Made by a program: the position numbers and the translations under genes
Shown: in pieces, positions 36,674-49,635 of the stretch
Numbering within the stretch: position 1 is the first letter of the stretch
How the letters are laid out: each line of letters begins with the position of its first letter
The notes under the pieces: model-generated
The model's database searches: none
Told to the model about the DNA's origin: nothing
What the model saw: only the letters and a program-made list of their open reading frames with translations
Assembly (NCBI GenBank): GCA_009103225.1
Contig: RHPI01002069.1
Coordinates: forward strand, 1,631,442-1,695,441
Direction of reading: 5' to 3'
Origin: Chlorokybus atmophyticus
Taxonomy: Eukaryota > Plantae > Mesostigma and Chlorokybus algae
Length of the DNA: 64,000 nt

Positions 36674-39019
36674 TCATATTCTAGACTTTGAAGAGACTGC
36701 AATACCACTCAGAATGTACCCACCGGTGGCACTCATAGTCATATGCGGGTGTGAGCGCTGCGGCAGGACTTGGTGCTCGCGCAGCCAAGGCTCGCTTATC
36801 TGCACGAACCATGAATGAACCTTAGAGCAACTTGAAGTGTTCAACAGCCACATTGGAGAACACGCAAGATAATGCAATTGCTCAGCCAACCTGCAGATTG
36901 ACTGCATTTCTGCTTTTCTGCAAATAGTGCATACATTCCGCCAGCGGCTGCAGGTACGGGCTGTAGAATGCAAACGGTGCAGATTGCGCAAGCAGCGGCA
37001 GCAATTGATCGGCAGTGGCTGCAGGCTGCAGGCTGGCACAAGCAACAATCAAGGACGTGAAGCCATGATCTCGCCATTGCGCACGCTCCTCATCCGTGGG
37101 GCGGCGCCCAAGTGTGCCTCCCCGCCCTGATCTGAAAGGTGGACTGCCTCCTGCCCCTAAGCAACAGAGTAACAACTGTTACCAACATATCACCATCCAC
37201 AGAATGCGATACAGGTAATAGTGCAATTCACCGTGTTCCCCATTCCCCTGAGCCTCCATCTCACCATCCACCTGACCGGGTATATCTGCGTCCATCCTCT
37301 CTTCATTTGCATCAATGTCATCGACTGCCGCTGCTGTGGGCGACGGTGCACCATTGCTGTCTTGAACTGCAGCCTCCAGCGGTTGTGCCTCCAGTTTCAG
37401 ATTATCTGTTTTCTCACCGGTGGCATTACTGGACTCTTTCTGCAGCCTTACAAGCTCGGCCACCGGCACGCGCACTACACTGCAGACAATATGAACATCA
37501 ACAACGCGACAGGTATCTTCCTCCACTGCAGCATGATTGATGGGGGAGCGCATCACCTCCGCTGGGCCTCAGGAAGCAGATTGAACAATCGTGCAATGTC
37601 AATGCTGGGAGGTTTGGGGGTAGCATGCGTGCTGCACACGACGCCATGCCCTGTGTGACGGCCAGTTGTTGTGCACTTGTCATCGTCTCCACATGGCTCA
37701 GCAAAAACGAACATGATCGCAGCAGGTCCTTACCACCCATGCGTTCCGCAATGGCACCAGTCAGCAGTCCCCCGCAGGACTCGAGCACGAGGACATGTGC
37801 GGTTGCACGCACGTTGCCCAGTGCCAGCAGCAAAGCCAAAGCATCAACGCGCATGTGTCCCGTCTTGAACGGTTTGTCCGCAAAGTACGCCTCGCAAACA
37901 CTGCGCAGCTGTGAGCGTGAGTGCGCGCCAAATAGCACACAGTGTGTTGCATGCATTCTTGAGTCACCTTCGTGCTGTGGGTCTGCGCACAGTCACGCGC
38001 ACAATGTACTTTTTGCCCTTGCGGCGGAGGTACTTTTCTTGCGAGAAGGCGGTTTTGGTGCCAAATGTAGCGCTTCCCTTTACCAACTTTTCAACAATCT
38101 CAGACCCTGTGGCACCGGACCTATGTTGTGCGAACAAAAGCAATTGTCGACATGAGACTCACAAGTGTGCATTTTGAAGCACCAACGAAAACTCTTATGC
38201 ATGGCGAAGCAGATGACCACTTACTGTCGCATGGTAGCGATGTCCGCCTGTGAGAGCACCTGCGCCTTGTTATCGTCCACAAGGCTCCTGTTGTCTCGCC
38301 CCTCCAGGGAACCAGGGGGGGCCTGGTCTTCATCCTCCTCCTCCTGCGCCTGCGCCTGGAGGGTAACAGCTTCCTCTGCTGACACTCTCTCCAAAGCGCT
38401 ACCCACCAGCTCAAAGACAGCACCGTAAGGAGCGCCGACCAGCGGGGCCATGCTGCATTGCACCTTTCCGATCTTCACCTTACTGGACAAGAGTAAAGAA
38501 CAACAAGTCAACACCACCAACAAGCTTGCGAGCCCGCAATGCATGACTTCATGCGCTGACTCTGTAGACAGTAGCCTTGGGTATTGAGTTGTGCTTCAGA
38601 CAGCCGAACGAGCGCATAAGAGTAGCGAGTATTTGTCGCGGGATGAAGCCGTCGACAGCAAGCACGACGCTCAAATTGTACTGTACTCGTGAGCATGCGA
38701 GGCCATGCGAGATCTGCCAACATCACACCAACACGTGCAGCATGCGTTTCCAAAGGGATACAGACAAGATGCACCAACCCTGCCCTGCCAGTCTTGAACA
38801 AGTGACAAACAAAGTAAGACTGAGCAAAGCTTCCTGTACTACACAGCTCCTGACTAGCATGCAATGTAGATCAAATGCTGGCGCTGCAGCTACCCAAGCT
38901 TGCCTGTTGGACTTGACGACGGCAAAACTCCTCTTGTCTCCATTAACGTCAAGCAGCACGGTGCTGCCCTCAGCAACTGTCCCCGTCATTGCCGCCGCCG
39001 CCGCCGCCGTCGGCGCCAT
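36674..39019 (-). CDS. TRM6: tRNA (adenine58-N1)-methyltransferase non-catalytic subunit (Trm6/Gcd10), multi-exon
   Basis: RDNRSLVDDNKAQVLSQADI, SATFGTKTAFSQEKYLRRK, GLLTGAIAERMGG, PFAFYSPYLQPLAEC, HPHMTMSATGGYILSG. Confidence 0.92.
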
Positions 39020-39241
39020 GCCGCCAGGCCAATTACAAAACCCTTAAACTCGCCGTCGCTTGAAGGATATCAAAACTTCCCGTAAGACCGCGCTCCTAGC
39101 ATTGATATCAGCATGCCACATGCAGTAGTAGAGTCCGACGTGGCATGTCGACCAGTCAGCATTGTGTCACACAGTTTTGTGTGCTTTTGGTTTGCCGCCA
39201 AGCGGGCGTTGGTGTTGTGGGCGTCGTGGGCGGTGTCGAGC

Positions 39242-40667
39242 ATGGTGGTGGCATTGGTCGCTGTCCCGAGCTTGGACGTCACGGGGGTGTCGGGGCTGCC
39301 ATGGCCATCATCGCTTCTTAGCAGGAGACCACCACGACGGCAACGGTTGCCATGCAGGTCGACGGCGGTGACGGCGACCGCCGCCGCCTCCCCGCCGCGC
39401 AGCAGCCCTCAGCCAGCCACGCTACTGGTGCGTCCATACACATGACATGCAATTGTACTGTTGTTTTGTGGCTGGTTGTTACTGCTGCTGCGCACGTGTA
39501 GGCGTGTGACTGCCGCAATTGTCGCCGGTGCCGGTGCCGGTGCTGGCTGCTGCTGCTGCTAATGTTATTATCGTCATCGTCGTATTTGTCAGTCGTCGAC
39601 GTTGTTGTCGTCTGCGGCGCTCATGGAATGCTTGTCGTTCTTCCTAACGTGTGCTCGCAGGAGCTGGAGTCTGCGGTGGAGGCGGCACACCTGGCTGGGT
39701 TAGCGTACAGGGATCCGCCTGGGGAGGGGCTTACTCATGACGGCGAGGAGGAGGCAAATGCTTACAACAGGGAGGGGCGGCGAGGGAGGGGCCGGTGGAC
39801 ATTGCTGGCGGGGGGTCACACTGCATGCACCTCATGGTTTGTAGCCGACAACGCACACACCAATACTCGTCACTTTACCTTCAGGTAGGCTTGGCACTGT
39901 GGTTTCCTGTGCAGTATTGGAGTTGAACAAGTGTTGTCCACAACTTTGTTGAGTTGGGAAGAACGTGCAGGGGAGTTAACTGGAGCGGCTTAGACTTCGG
40001 TCAGCAGGTGGAGGTACGCCGCCAGCTGGCTCGCTTCCTGCCCACAAGGTTGCCGCTGCTTCTGTCATCCACGTTGCCAATGCCAGCAGCGCGTGCTCAT
40101 ACGCATGCACATGCGGGCGTGGTGGACATTGCCATGCAGGTGCTGCCTGAGCTGTACCCCTACATGGACAGCTTGCCCGCAGGCTGGACCGCCAGCTTTG
40201 GAGGCCACTCGCTCGGTGGCTCCATCGCTTGCGTGCTGGCCACAGTCGCATTGCATGACACGACCCTATCATCAGCCATACCGCTCGAGACAGTGCATTG
40301 CTTCGGCTCTCCACCAGTGTTTGTTGACATTACACCTGAGACAGAGTGCAGGATGCCACCCGTGCGCACGTACGTACTAGGGCGTGACGCTGTGCCCCGC
40401 GCGTTCATGCTTGGGCCTCTGCAGCTGTATCGCCATCTTGGGCGTGTTTTCCACCTTGACGGGAAGCACGCTGTGGAGGACGTCGATGGCGCGCTGCTGT
40501 TAGCCGAGGACGATGACGCATACCAACCCATGGCAATGCTGGACTCCGTGCGCGACCACCAGCATGCGCATTATGAGCAGGCATTGCAAGCCGCGCTTCG
40601 CAGCGAACGCATTAGGACTGTCCTTGATAAGTGCTACCAAGCTAGGCGCTCGCGAGTCCTATTGTAA
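39242..40667 (+). CDS. Class 3 lipase, plastid-lipase (PLIP)-like, 3 exons
   Basis: WFVADN..TRHFTFRG, GHSLGG nucleophile elbow, CFGSP, RDAVPRAF, DHQH; transit-peptide-like exon 1 (start codon tentative). Confidence 0.82.
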
Positions 40668-41477
40668 TTTGTTAGCCAGTAGCCAGGACACGCTTATCAT
40701 TCTAATGCAGCCAGTATAGCATTGCCATTGATTATACAGTAACTGCAGCGGCATAGTGTACCTCAGTAGGCCTTGCAGTTGAAATGTACATACATTTGGT
40801 TGTACTTGAATGCATGGCAGGATGAGCGGAATGCATGTGCAACAAGTGCAAGTGCGCGCAACTCTCGCAAAACAACACACACTTTGGGTGTTCATGTACC
40901 GTGCATGTCAAGGTAATTGTTGTTGTGGTCGTCATCTTCATCATAGTTATCATTCGGTCGCAGCACTTGCAAACTAATGTTCGTATTATTATAACATGTA
41001 TTACAGCCCTTGTTTCATTAATAATGTATCGAGTACAAGCATTGATCATATGTGCATAAAACACCATGAGTGGCTTGTTGCACACAACGATTGGAATTGG
41101 AACTTATGTGTGTGCGCAGTATAGTTGTGTGTATGTGTATCAGCACATACATGTGTTGTTGTGTGGAAGTACTTACCAAAAATGCACATATGGATTAATT
41201 CATGTATATATATGCACGCAAAACGCTTCATTAACATGTTTAACAAGTGAGCGTGTACATGCAAAATACAGATATTGTAGTTGTAAACCTTCTATGTCAT
41301 GCATACAAAGGCTTTAGTATTACAAGCTTGGCCTATGACAGCTGTGCGCATTACGCCATAATGAGCACTGCACATAGCGCATATTTTGTAATTGTCAGGC
41401 ATTAAACGCATGCACGCAGTTTGTGAATTAATATCAATTTACCAACTCCGTGATATTAATATATGCGTGAGGGCGTG

Positions 41478-41514
41478 CACACACACGCACACGCACACGC
41501 ACACGCACACACAC
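41478..41514 (+). repeat. (CA)/(CACACG)n microsatellite
   Basis: cacacacacgcacacgcacacgcacacgcacacacac. Confidence 0.9.
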
Positions 41515-42190
41515 TCACTTACTGATACAATAAGTTTATCACAGCAGGTCGATGATAACCACGTCTTACACACATTGTGCATACATGTATGCCTTTGTCT
41601 TAAGAGGACACATCTACTGCATCATAATTCATAAATTATAAGTGAAACAAAAATGTAACATGCTCAAAGAACTACTTTACTGTTTCAAAGGCAAAACAAG
41701 TGATTGGATATGGTGTTTTATGCTATATGGTATATTGCACAATATGTTGCATGTTATCTTCATGTCATAACTTGTGTACTGCGAATTGAGGTTGATCAAC
41801 ACTGTTAAAACACCGCACACTTCATGTAAAATCATTTGTCGTGCCTCAATCAAAGTAAAGTTGCTCTTTGATCATGTTACTTCTTTATCTCACTTATATA
41901 CCACATATGCATTGCCCATGTGCCATATACATATAGCACACAAGTTGTGTGCGGGAGTTAAGAGTATGCCACGAAATTGCACAATGCAATTATTGCCCTT
42001 CACATGGCTTCAGCTAAACGCACTTACTGTAATGTAAATTACTAAAAATTACCATAGCACAAATGCTGTAGATGGTTGCAAGTTCATGTGGGGTATATGT
42101 GTGGAAGAGAGGTACACATGTAGCGAAATATTTTCGAAGCCTTTTCTTCAAGCAATGTTTGAAGGCATGTGCAAGAAAGAAAATTGAAGA

Positions 42191-42217
42191 GGGGGGGGGG
42201 GAGGGAGGGAGGGAGGG
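42191..42217 (+). repeat. Poly-G / (GGGA)n tract (potential G-quadruplex)
   Basis: G11 followed by AGGG x4. Confidence 0.85.
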
Positions 42218-43386
42218 CTCTGCACATTATGGGGTTGGTTAGGCTTCCCACCATAACCTAATCACTACATAAAGGTTTGAAGCACAAGGTAATTCACTCA
42301 TATGCTAGTAAGATGTTAACAATATCAATGGCGAGGATACCCCTGACTGGACTGGTGACTCACCACCAGGCGTAACTGTTGTCCGTCTGTTTGGGGCAGT
42401 TCCCACGTAAGCTGCCATGTCATCCTCTTGCCCGCCCAAAAGCTGACTGCAGCTGACTGTGCAGTGAGCCACAAACCGACGGGGCCTCAGCATGCTGATG
42501 CCGAACACGTCATTAGGCGTAACACATGGCCTCAAACTGGCGCGCGTCAAAGCTCACCCCACGCACCGTATTCTGACGCATTTGTTGTGTCTAGGACGGC
42601 TGAGTTGGCAGCCTGTACCTGCAATTGTTTGTAGACACTAACCGCTCAAGTGCAGATATCACAAGCAGTCTGTTCATCGACAAAAGTAGCCTGCACAACT
42701 CGGAGATGTTCATGTCTCAGTAGTCTTGCGAATTGCACTGCGCTTGCATTTCCGGTTTCTTCTCTGTCAATTACGTGTTCTCTGGTTAGGTGACAGGCTT
42801 CCCTCGCTGGGTCGAGAGCTCACGTGGAAGGCAAGCAGTCGAGTCAGCCGTAGTCCGGTTAACTTGACTCGTAACTTGACCTGGAACGCGAGTAACACCA
42901 AATGCATTCTATCAAGCTTGCCTGCACCAGTCCCGGTTAGGTAACCGCAGTTATTACCACGGCAGCAGGCGACAAGCATTTGCCAAGCAAGCAGCCGTTT
43001 TGAAGCGGCGGCGGCAAAGTTTAGGCCAACAGACCAGGCAGGCAGGCTGTTGCTTTTGGGTGTGGCAGTGTTTGAAAGTGTTCAAGGAGAAAAGCACAGA
43101 GAATTAGCTTAAAGCTACACGTGTGGAGTGGTGCAGCATCAGCAGCAGCACGTACTATAACCGTGCTGGTGCCTCAGTGCAGCTTTCAAACAGCTTCAGC
43201 AGCTGTCTGTGTTGTGTAAAGCGGTTCTGTGTTGGAAGCAAGCCTCGCTCGCTATGCTCTTGTTGCTCCCCTCCTCCTTCTCCTCCTGGTTGATCTTGTT
43301 GACGTCCCTGGTGCGGCTATAACACAGGGAGAACCGTTGGCTAACTGTTTAAGTGTGTGAGCTAGCTGTTGTAGTCCAATTCCACA

Positions 43387-46232
43387 ATGGCTAGCCTGGC
43401 TCGTGCTGCCTTCAGACGCACAGCCGCCTCACTGTCAGGGAAGCCAATTCTCCCCACTACCTCGTCTTTGCCAACGCCATTGTTGGCAACCTCCTCTGCT
43501 TTCATCTCGTCCTCCTGCTTGCCAAGATGGCTGCAGGCGCGCCACAACTCCGCCTCTGCAGCCTCAGCTGGTAAGTTCACAGCTGCTAACCACTGCTTTG
43601 GGCAATGCTTTAAGTAGTTAATGCTGCTTGTATAACAAACTCTTTTTGTGTTACTGCTTGCTTTGCGCGACATTGTCTTGTTGCTGTCTTACACAAGCAT
43701 CTTGCTTGCCAGACATGTCTGCGGCACTGATGGACGACGCCCTGTTCGACGATGACGAAGATGACCACGATGAGCATAAGTGAGAGACGCTTGCTGCTTG
43801 TGTAATGCCACCTTCACTATCTGCACAAGTGTGCCATCAGTGACCGATGCTGAACACTGTCCCGATGTAGGCATCAGGACCCCTCATTCTTGGCAAGTGT
43901 CGACATGTACTACGATGCAGCCGCTTCACAAACACAGCTGTCCCGCGGCTTACTTGCCCAAATAAAGGTACATCAGCTTGCTCATGGCATGGTGGTGCTT
44001 GGTGGTGTGTGCGTGTGTGCGTGAACCTCAGCAAGCCCTAGCGTGCCTAAGCAAAGGTTATGACTGATCAGCTGTGGTGGTACACAGGCTTGCAACAACG
44101 TGATCAGGCTGCAGTTCCCTCACAAGAACGCCGCGGGCGACATTGAGATCATCGAAGCCTTTCGTGCACAGCATTCGCACCATCAGTCCCCTGTCAAGGG
44201 CGGGTTGAGAATAAGTCCTCATGTTGACATGGCCGAGACGATGGCCCTTGCTGCGCTGATGACGTTCAAGTGCGCTGTCGCCGATGTTCCCTTTGGTGGC
44301 GCAAAGGGTGCGATCAAGCTTGACACAAGCAAGTATGCTGACTGGGAGCGCGAGTCTATCATTCGCCGCTATGTGACCGAGCTCGCAAAGCGCGGGATGA
44401 TTGGCCCCGCCCTCGACGTCCCGGCACCTGATGTTGGCACTGGCCCCAAGGAGATGGCCTGGATTCGGGTATGTAATCAGCCACGCTTGCACACACGCAC
44501 ACACACGCAGACATCCACATCCAAACTATCCTTGGTTCGCATTGCTTCCCAGTAAGTGAACAGTCACAGCCCATCTAGAGAGTCTTCTGGCCTCAGCTTC
44601 AGTCTCACTCACTCGCTCAATCATGCAGTCATAGTGTGCATTCTACTTTCTTACTAACAAGCTCTCATGCAGTCTGGCATACTCACCCTGCAACTGTTGC
44701 ACATGATCAGCTTCGCACACTGGTACTCTTACAAGCACTCACTTGCTTCCCCTTCCAACAGTCGGCATACGAGGCCTTGCGGCCGCACGACATCAACGGC
44801 GCTGCGGCGGTGACAGGCAAGCCCCTCTCGGCCGGTGGAATAGAGGGCAGGGTGGCCGCGACGGGCATGGGCTTGCACATCTGCCTGCGCGAGTTCTTTA
44901 GCAACGAGGCCGACGTGGCAAGGCTCGGACTCACCACTGGACTGAAAGGGAAGGCTGTCAGCGTGCAGGGCTTTGGCAACGTTGGAAGACACTGTGCACA
45001 GGTGTGGTGGTATGCAAGTTGTGGTGTTGTGATGTGTGCGTTCAATGTTGGCTTATATGACGTATGTACACGCAGTTTGTGCACGAGTCTGGTGCGCGTG
45101 TCGTGGCCATTGCCGAGCACGACGGTCTGCTCCTTAACCCCAACGGCATAGACATACCCGCACTTCTCAGGCAAGTCTTACTGGCCCGCCGAGAGTGACC
45201 ATCACTATTGCTCTTGCTCTATACTGATCTTTCATGTTCCTTGCCTCAGGCATCATGCGCAGACCGGCAGCGTGCGCGGCTTCCAGGGCGCAAAGTTGGT
45301 GCAAGACGGTGCCAACACCACAACGTTCCTCACCACACCATGCGATGTGCTCATCCCCGCTGCACTCGAGAGTGTTGTTCACTCTGGCAATGCACACCTT
45401 GTGCAGGTAAACACCTCAACTGCTGTAAGATAGGTGCAAGGCATTGAGCATCAGTGTCTCACACTCATGACCCCTCATAACATACTTAAAGTTGGTCATG
45501 TTGACACCAGGCCAAAGTGGTTGCGGAGGGTGCCAACGGACCCATCACGCCTCCCGCGCAAGTCATGCTGGAGAAGAGAGGCATCGTCATCCTGCCTGAC
45601 CTGCTTCTCAACGCAGTAAGTCGCAGTTCACCTCATGACCAATGTGAGAGCCATCCGTACTGGTGCTCATATTTGCGTGTGCTCGTAGGGCGGTGTGACT
45701 GTGTCCTACTTCGAGTGGCTCAAGAACCTCAACCATGTGCGCTTTGGCCTGATGAGCCGCAAGCTGCAGGAGCACAGCCAGCGCAGGCTTGTGGAGGCTG
45801 TGGAGAGCATGACGGGCAAGGCCATCAACGAGAACACCCGCGCCAAACTTATCCGCGGGTCAGTAGCATAAGGATGTCGCACTGTTGCCTGGAATGCGCA
45901 CAGTCGCCTGATATTGCCTGTCGCTCAGCGAGTTGCATACATATGACTCACAAGCATCTTGTTTTCAGGTCTACGGAAGAGGACTTTGTCGTAAGTGGTC
46001 TGGAGGAGACCATGACTGTGGCGTTCCAAGCAGTGCGCCAGACTGCCATGGAGAGGGTAAGTGGAGCAGCTGCTCAACCAGCATTTTGCTATGGCCTTTT
46101 CACTCTTGCACAGCTTTGGCAACTGACTAAAGTTTTCTTGGCACACAGAATGTTAACTACCGCACAGCAGCGTACATAAACGCTATTGAGAAGATTGGCA
46201 ACAGCTACATTACAGCCGGCATTTTTCCTTGA
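43387..46232 (+). CDS. GDH: Glutamate dehydrogenase, animal/ciliate (GLUD)-type, with mitochondrial-type presequence; multi-exon
   Basis: AQHSHHQSPVKGGLR, KCAVADVPFGGAKG, DVPAPDVGTG, VTGKPLSAGGIEGR, QGFGNVG, EGANGP, NA|GGVTVSYFEWLKNLNHV, RTAAYINAIEKI; exon phases reconcile by eye. Confidence 0.93.
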
Positions 46233-47457
46233 TACCATGCGGAACAGAACAAAGGGGACAGCACAGGTAGTGTGCGAGTCTTGAAAAGCAGACGCCTCCA
46301 TAAGCATGACCGCAATGTTGCGGGTCAGTGGCGGTTTTGGTTAGTGGTTTTCTTGTTGAGTGTTGCTAGCGTTTTGACTTAGCATATAGGCTGTTTCCTG
46401 ATTCTTCGCGCCGTGCGCATGCATGGTGCAGCACTTTTGCCACAGTAGCCTAGTGTGTACAGTAGGAGAACTGCCCAACAGATGTACCTTGGTTGTACCT
46501 TGGTTGTACCTAAAGCAAATCCATTGGACATGGTTTCTTGTGCATGCAATGACACAACTAGTGTGTGCAGTCAGAACAGCATGTTTATAATGCTTACACC
46601 ATTTGAGCTTGCCACGTATTAAGGAGTGCACAGCGGGTCCATAACTGTCTCTACATTGTCTGGAACGGAAAGGTTGTAAAGCCTTTATGTATGGATGGGC
46701 ATATGTACAGAGCTGTATCTCTCGTCCTACAACACGTGCTGTACGTACATACATGAGTGATGCCTTGAGCAAACGGAAGAGTTCCCTGGTGCGTTTGCTG
46801 CAACGAGGCTTCTAGACAACCCGCAAACACAACCATTGTTCCACAATATGATATTGTGTAACCGTCGACAGCTACTTGTTGTCGGTGGTTCATTGTATGT
46901 ACATGGCAGGAGGACAGCGGTGGTGCCTCCAACATGGCAGTCGCAGCTCACAAGGCAACGCCAGCGTGTATTCCTGGCAGGACAACATTTGGTCAGGGAT
47001 GCACATGTCTGTTGCACTCTAGACAGTGTCTGCCGTATCATGGACGATAAGGATGATCTAGCCAGCATTGGGGATTGCGTACAGCATGGTGCAGTTATGA
47101 GTGGTTGTACCCAGTTGTAGACCGCAAGTCACAAAGTAACCATCTGTCAGCAAGGGAGCCAAACACTTGCACGCGCTCAGTCAGAGGCTCGTTGTGGACA
47201 GTAAGCAGCAAACAGCAACAGCAAAGTCCTCCACTGCAAGCAACAAGCACTGTGCATGCACGAGCTGCTGAGCAGGGATCAACACATGTAACAGCAACCA
47301 TTCTGTGCAAGTTCATGTTGAGAAAAACATTCACACGTGCATTGAAGCCGCGTGCGCGAGGACACGACACTGCATTCAAGTTGTTGTTTGATTCTCAATC
47401 TTAAAGCAGCAGCAGCGACCAACAGAGCACCTCCAGAGAACAGGGAGAGATGTGCGC

Positions 47458-47898
47458 TCAAGCCCGCTCCCCGCGCAACCTGCGGGCGAGCTGTATACCC
47501 TTGGGCATGATGGTGACGCGCTTGCTGTGAATGGCGCAGAGGTTGGTGTCCTCGAAGAGGCCGACAAGGTAGGCCTCGCTGGCCTCCTGAAGAGCGAGCA
47601 CGGCGTGGGACTGCCAGCGCAGTTCGGACTTGAAGTCCTGGTTGATCTCTCTGACCAGGCGCTGGAAGGCCAACTTGCGTATCAACAGCTCCGTGGTCTT
47701 CTGGTACCTACGGATCTCCTTCAGGGCGATGGTGCCGGGACGGTACCGGTGGGGCTTGCGGGAGCCGTCCGAGGAAGGTTTGCTGCTGGGTGTGACGCTG
47801 TCAGTGGCAGCAGAGTTGGTGGCGGGGTGGCTGCTCACATGTTTGCAGGGAGCTCTGCCGCCGGTACTCCTCAGGGGACTCTGCTTGGTGCGCACCAT
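47458..47898 (-). CDS. Divergent intronless histone H3 variant (146 aa; H3.3-derived)
   Basis: MVRTKQ...KPHRYRPGT...FQRLVREI...[10 protein letters not shown]...[28 protein letters not shown]; Y41/H87/L90 plant H3.3 signature; 10 aa tail insertion. Confidence 0.92.
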   Translation of the reverse strand: MVRTKQSPLRSTGGRAPCKHVSSHPATNSAATDSVTPSSKPSSDGSRKPHRYRPGTIALKEIRRYQKTTELLIRKLAFQRLVREINQDFKSELRWQSHAVLALQEASEAYLVGLFEDTNLCAIHSKRVTIMPKGIQLARRLRGERA

Positions 47899-49635
47899 GA
47901 CGCCCGCTCCTGCCCCTGACGCTGGCTGGCTGCTCAGGCTATCGCTGCAGCAGGCCCGCCGCCGGCCACTGACGAGCTCCACGACGGCGCTGATGACGAG
48001 GATAGAGTGAGCCTCCTCCAGGGCTCTCTCTGCCGCCCCTGCATGGCTGCTCTATCGTCCAGACACTAAGCACATGCGTGTGCGGCAGATGGCGCCAAGG
48101 CACGTGCATGTGACGTGACACCCTTGACACACGTGGGGTGTGGCACTGCTTGGCAGAGTTCAACTTGGGATGGAACTGCAGATCGGTGCTCGACAGGAAC
48201 AATTGAGGGCATTTTACGTGTGAATGCCAACTTGGCATTGCCAAGATTTGCCTTATTGTTTTGCTCTACTTGTGATGCCCAGCCCGGTGGGACCGATGCA
48301 AGGGGTTGTTCAAAACTCTCAAAAGGTGGTCAGCATAACACCACAATGCGTGTACGGTATTATTATACTGCCAACAATTTATTTTAACATGATACTTACG
48401 GCACACCGATACGACCAGTACATTCAATACGCTTTATGTAACTTGCAGCTTACAAGTTGGTAATTAGCCTTGACGTGCTTTAGCACAATGTAAGTGCAAC
48501 AGCCATTGCATCCTCGCGTTCTCACTTGCCTGCACCTCAAATATACAATCCTTTATATTTTAACGCTTATAATCATGAATCCCACAACTTTAAATGAATA
48601 CTGAATACTGCTCGCGAGTGGTACGAGTATTGTATGGTATGCAATTTGCATTCACGAGGTATTGTGCTATGTCTTTTTGCCCGTGGAAGGCATGTTGTTG
48701 GCAATGGGAGGGGCAAACCCGGAGTGGTCGTTGCCTTTTCATCGCGCAGCCTACGGTGAGGGTTGAGCCCAAACCATCCCCCCACACATTGGATGCTCTC
48801 TTTAACCTGGCGCCGAGTTGGCTACCCTCATGGGTTGGCAACATATATCATGTACTTTCAATGTGATTGCCGCAGTGCCATGGACTACCCGACAGTTTCT
48901 TATGTATTTCATGTCAAGCCTTCATTGGAGCCCCGTGAGAACCAATTGAAGTATGCATGGAAGGTGAGCTAGGAATCTATCGTACTTTCACTGCATGAAG
49001 TCACCCATCGAGCACGAGGGGTTGAGATTTTACCTCTTTGTTTGTAATCGGATTGTGGAGGCAACCTCCTTGCGAAGAGCTCACGCGCTGCACGTTTTTT
49101 GGCCTCAGCCAACCAGACATGTTACCATGCACTAACACGATCTATCCAACGCTAGCGCATAGTAGTAGATCTGCTGGTATACCAGCAGACATCATGTCTC
49201 GCATCAATGCGTGCTGCACGCATTGGGTTGAATCCAAGCAATCCTTAACATCTTCTACGAGCAGTAGAAGTAAGTAAAACTAGCCGTACCAAACAACGGC
49301 AGCTGCCAATCCTGGCAACCCCCGCCCACCATGTTCCAATTGGATCAGAACTTGTGCGCAGAAATCACTGGCAGCAGTCCCGTCATACTCCAGCACCAAA
49401 CAGAAATGTGAGTGCACCTGACGCTGCATTGTCGACGATAACTTCAGCACAAAGCCTTATCAACCGCTTGCCACTCCTTGCGTACTACCCACCTGTGTTC
49501 AGACCAATCTGTTACCGCATGAACACAGGTGTTGTGCTACATCAGCAGCAAAAAAGCAGCAACAACACATACCCCAGCGACTTCTGTCACAACTTGACTT
49601 GGCTGCAGTACCGCTCGACACTGGCAAAGCAGCAA

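Noticed and set aside
43362-43673. Protein-like minus-strand ORF (EAAEAELWRAC...)
   Set aside because: Antisense to the GDH presequence exon, whose splice phases link correctly to the catalytic exons.
46484-46511. GTACCTTGGTT x2.5 tandem
   Set aside because: Short local duplication with no functional evidence.
47380-47457. Histone 3' stem-loop
   Set aside because: No GGCTCTTTTCAGAGCC-like hairpin visible downstream of the H3 stop.
47458-47898. Assignment as CENH3
   Set aside because: Retains the H3 N-terminal RTKQ/STGG motifs, Q68, T107 and canonical loop-1 length; only W84 is CENH3-like.
48879-48970. Exon-like MDYPTVSYVFHVKP...AWK|gtgagc
   Set aside because: No convincing partner exons or homology; insufficient support for a gene.
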